The notes under the pieces: generated by a model
What the model was told of the DNA's origin: nothing
What the model saw: only the letters and a program-made list of their open reading frames with translations
Database searches by the model: none
In this document: piece by piece, positions 63,801 through 64,000 of the stretch
Position numbering within the stretch: position 1 is the stretch's first letter
Layout: every line of letters starts with the position of its first letter
Assembly: GCA_052327205.1 (NCBI GenBank)
Contig: JBMRGM010000036.1
Span: 33,046,001 to 33,110,000 of the forward strand
Reading direction: 5' to 3'
Length of the DNA stretch: 64,000 bases
Source: Somniosus microcephalus
Lineage: Eukaryota
Position numbers and translations under genes: made by a program

Positions 63801-64000
63801 ATTGAAGATTAAGGAACAAATTAACTTAACAGAGATATATCTCAGAGGAGCAGTTATAATGTTGTTTACATTGGCATCGGACTCAATTGCAGAGTCACCA
63901 TTGAGAACTGCTTATATCGATCCATTGCACGGAATTCAGTGAATCTAACTTTGACTCATGACTCATTTAACGCTATGAGATTCCGCCATATTTGTTGCAT

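Noticed and set aside
1-64000. Complete NLR gene (NACHT/LRR) or caspase domain
   Set aside because: No long NACHT exon, Walker A motif in a host ORF, LRR exons or QACRG motif found; only CARD-like cassettes are visible in this window.

Overview
Eukaryotic, repeat-rich vertebrate DNA. The repeat content (CR1, RTE and L2 LINEs, a Penelope fragment, a tRNA-headed SINE, a Gypsy LTR element) suggests a cartilaginous fish (inference). The main hidden signal is a minus-strand two-exon cassette repeated across the window. Exon A is 161 nt (phase 1-0) and exon B is 172 or 199 nt (phase 0-1); spliced together they encode a ~110-120 aa CARD-like death-fold domain resembling the N-terminal domain of shark NLR-like proteins. 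Sixteen such exons (8 A, 8 B) are present, all open and flanked by AG/GT sites. Nine lie in a young 4.41-kb tandem array (1-19871) and seven in an older 5.4-7 kb-period cluster (41.9-64 kb), whose ends form an ~18.7-kb-offset segmental duplication. Between the clusters sit a phase 1-1 candidate exon encoding a single transmembrane helix (20405-20557) and a possible 36-nt micro-exon with an in-frame ATG. This suggests a membrane-anchored poly-CARD signalling protein. No NACHT or LRR exon is visible. The rest of 20-41 kb is TE debris: a gag-only Gypsy element, a minisatellite, an RTE LINE with a nested CR1, MITEs, and a 1.84-kb tandem duplication with a fold-back junction.
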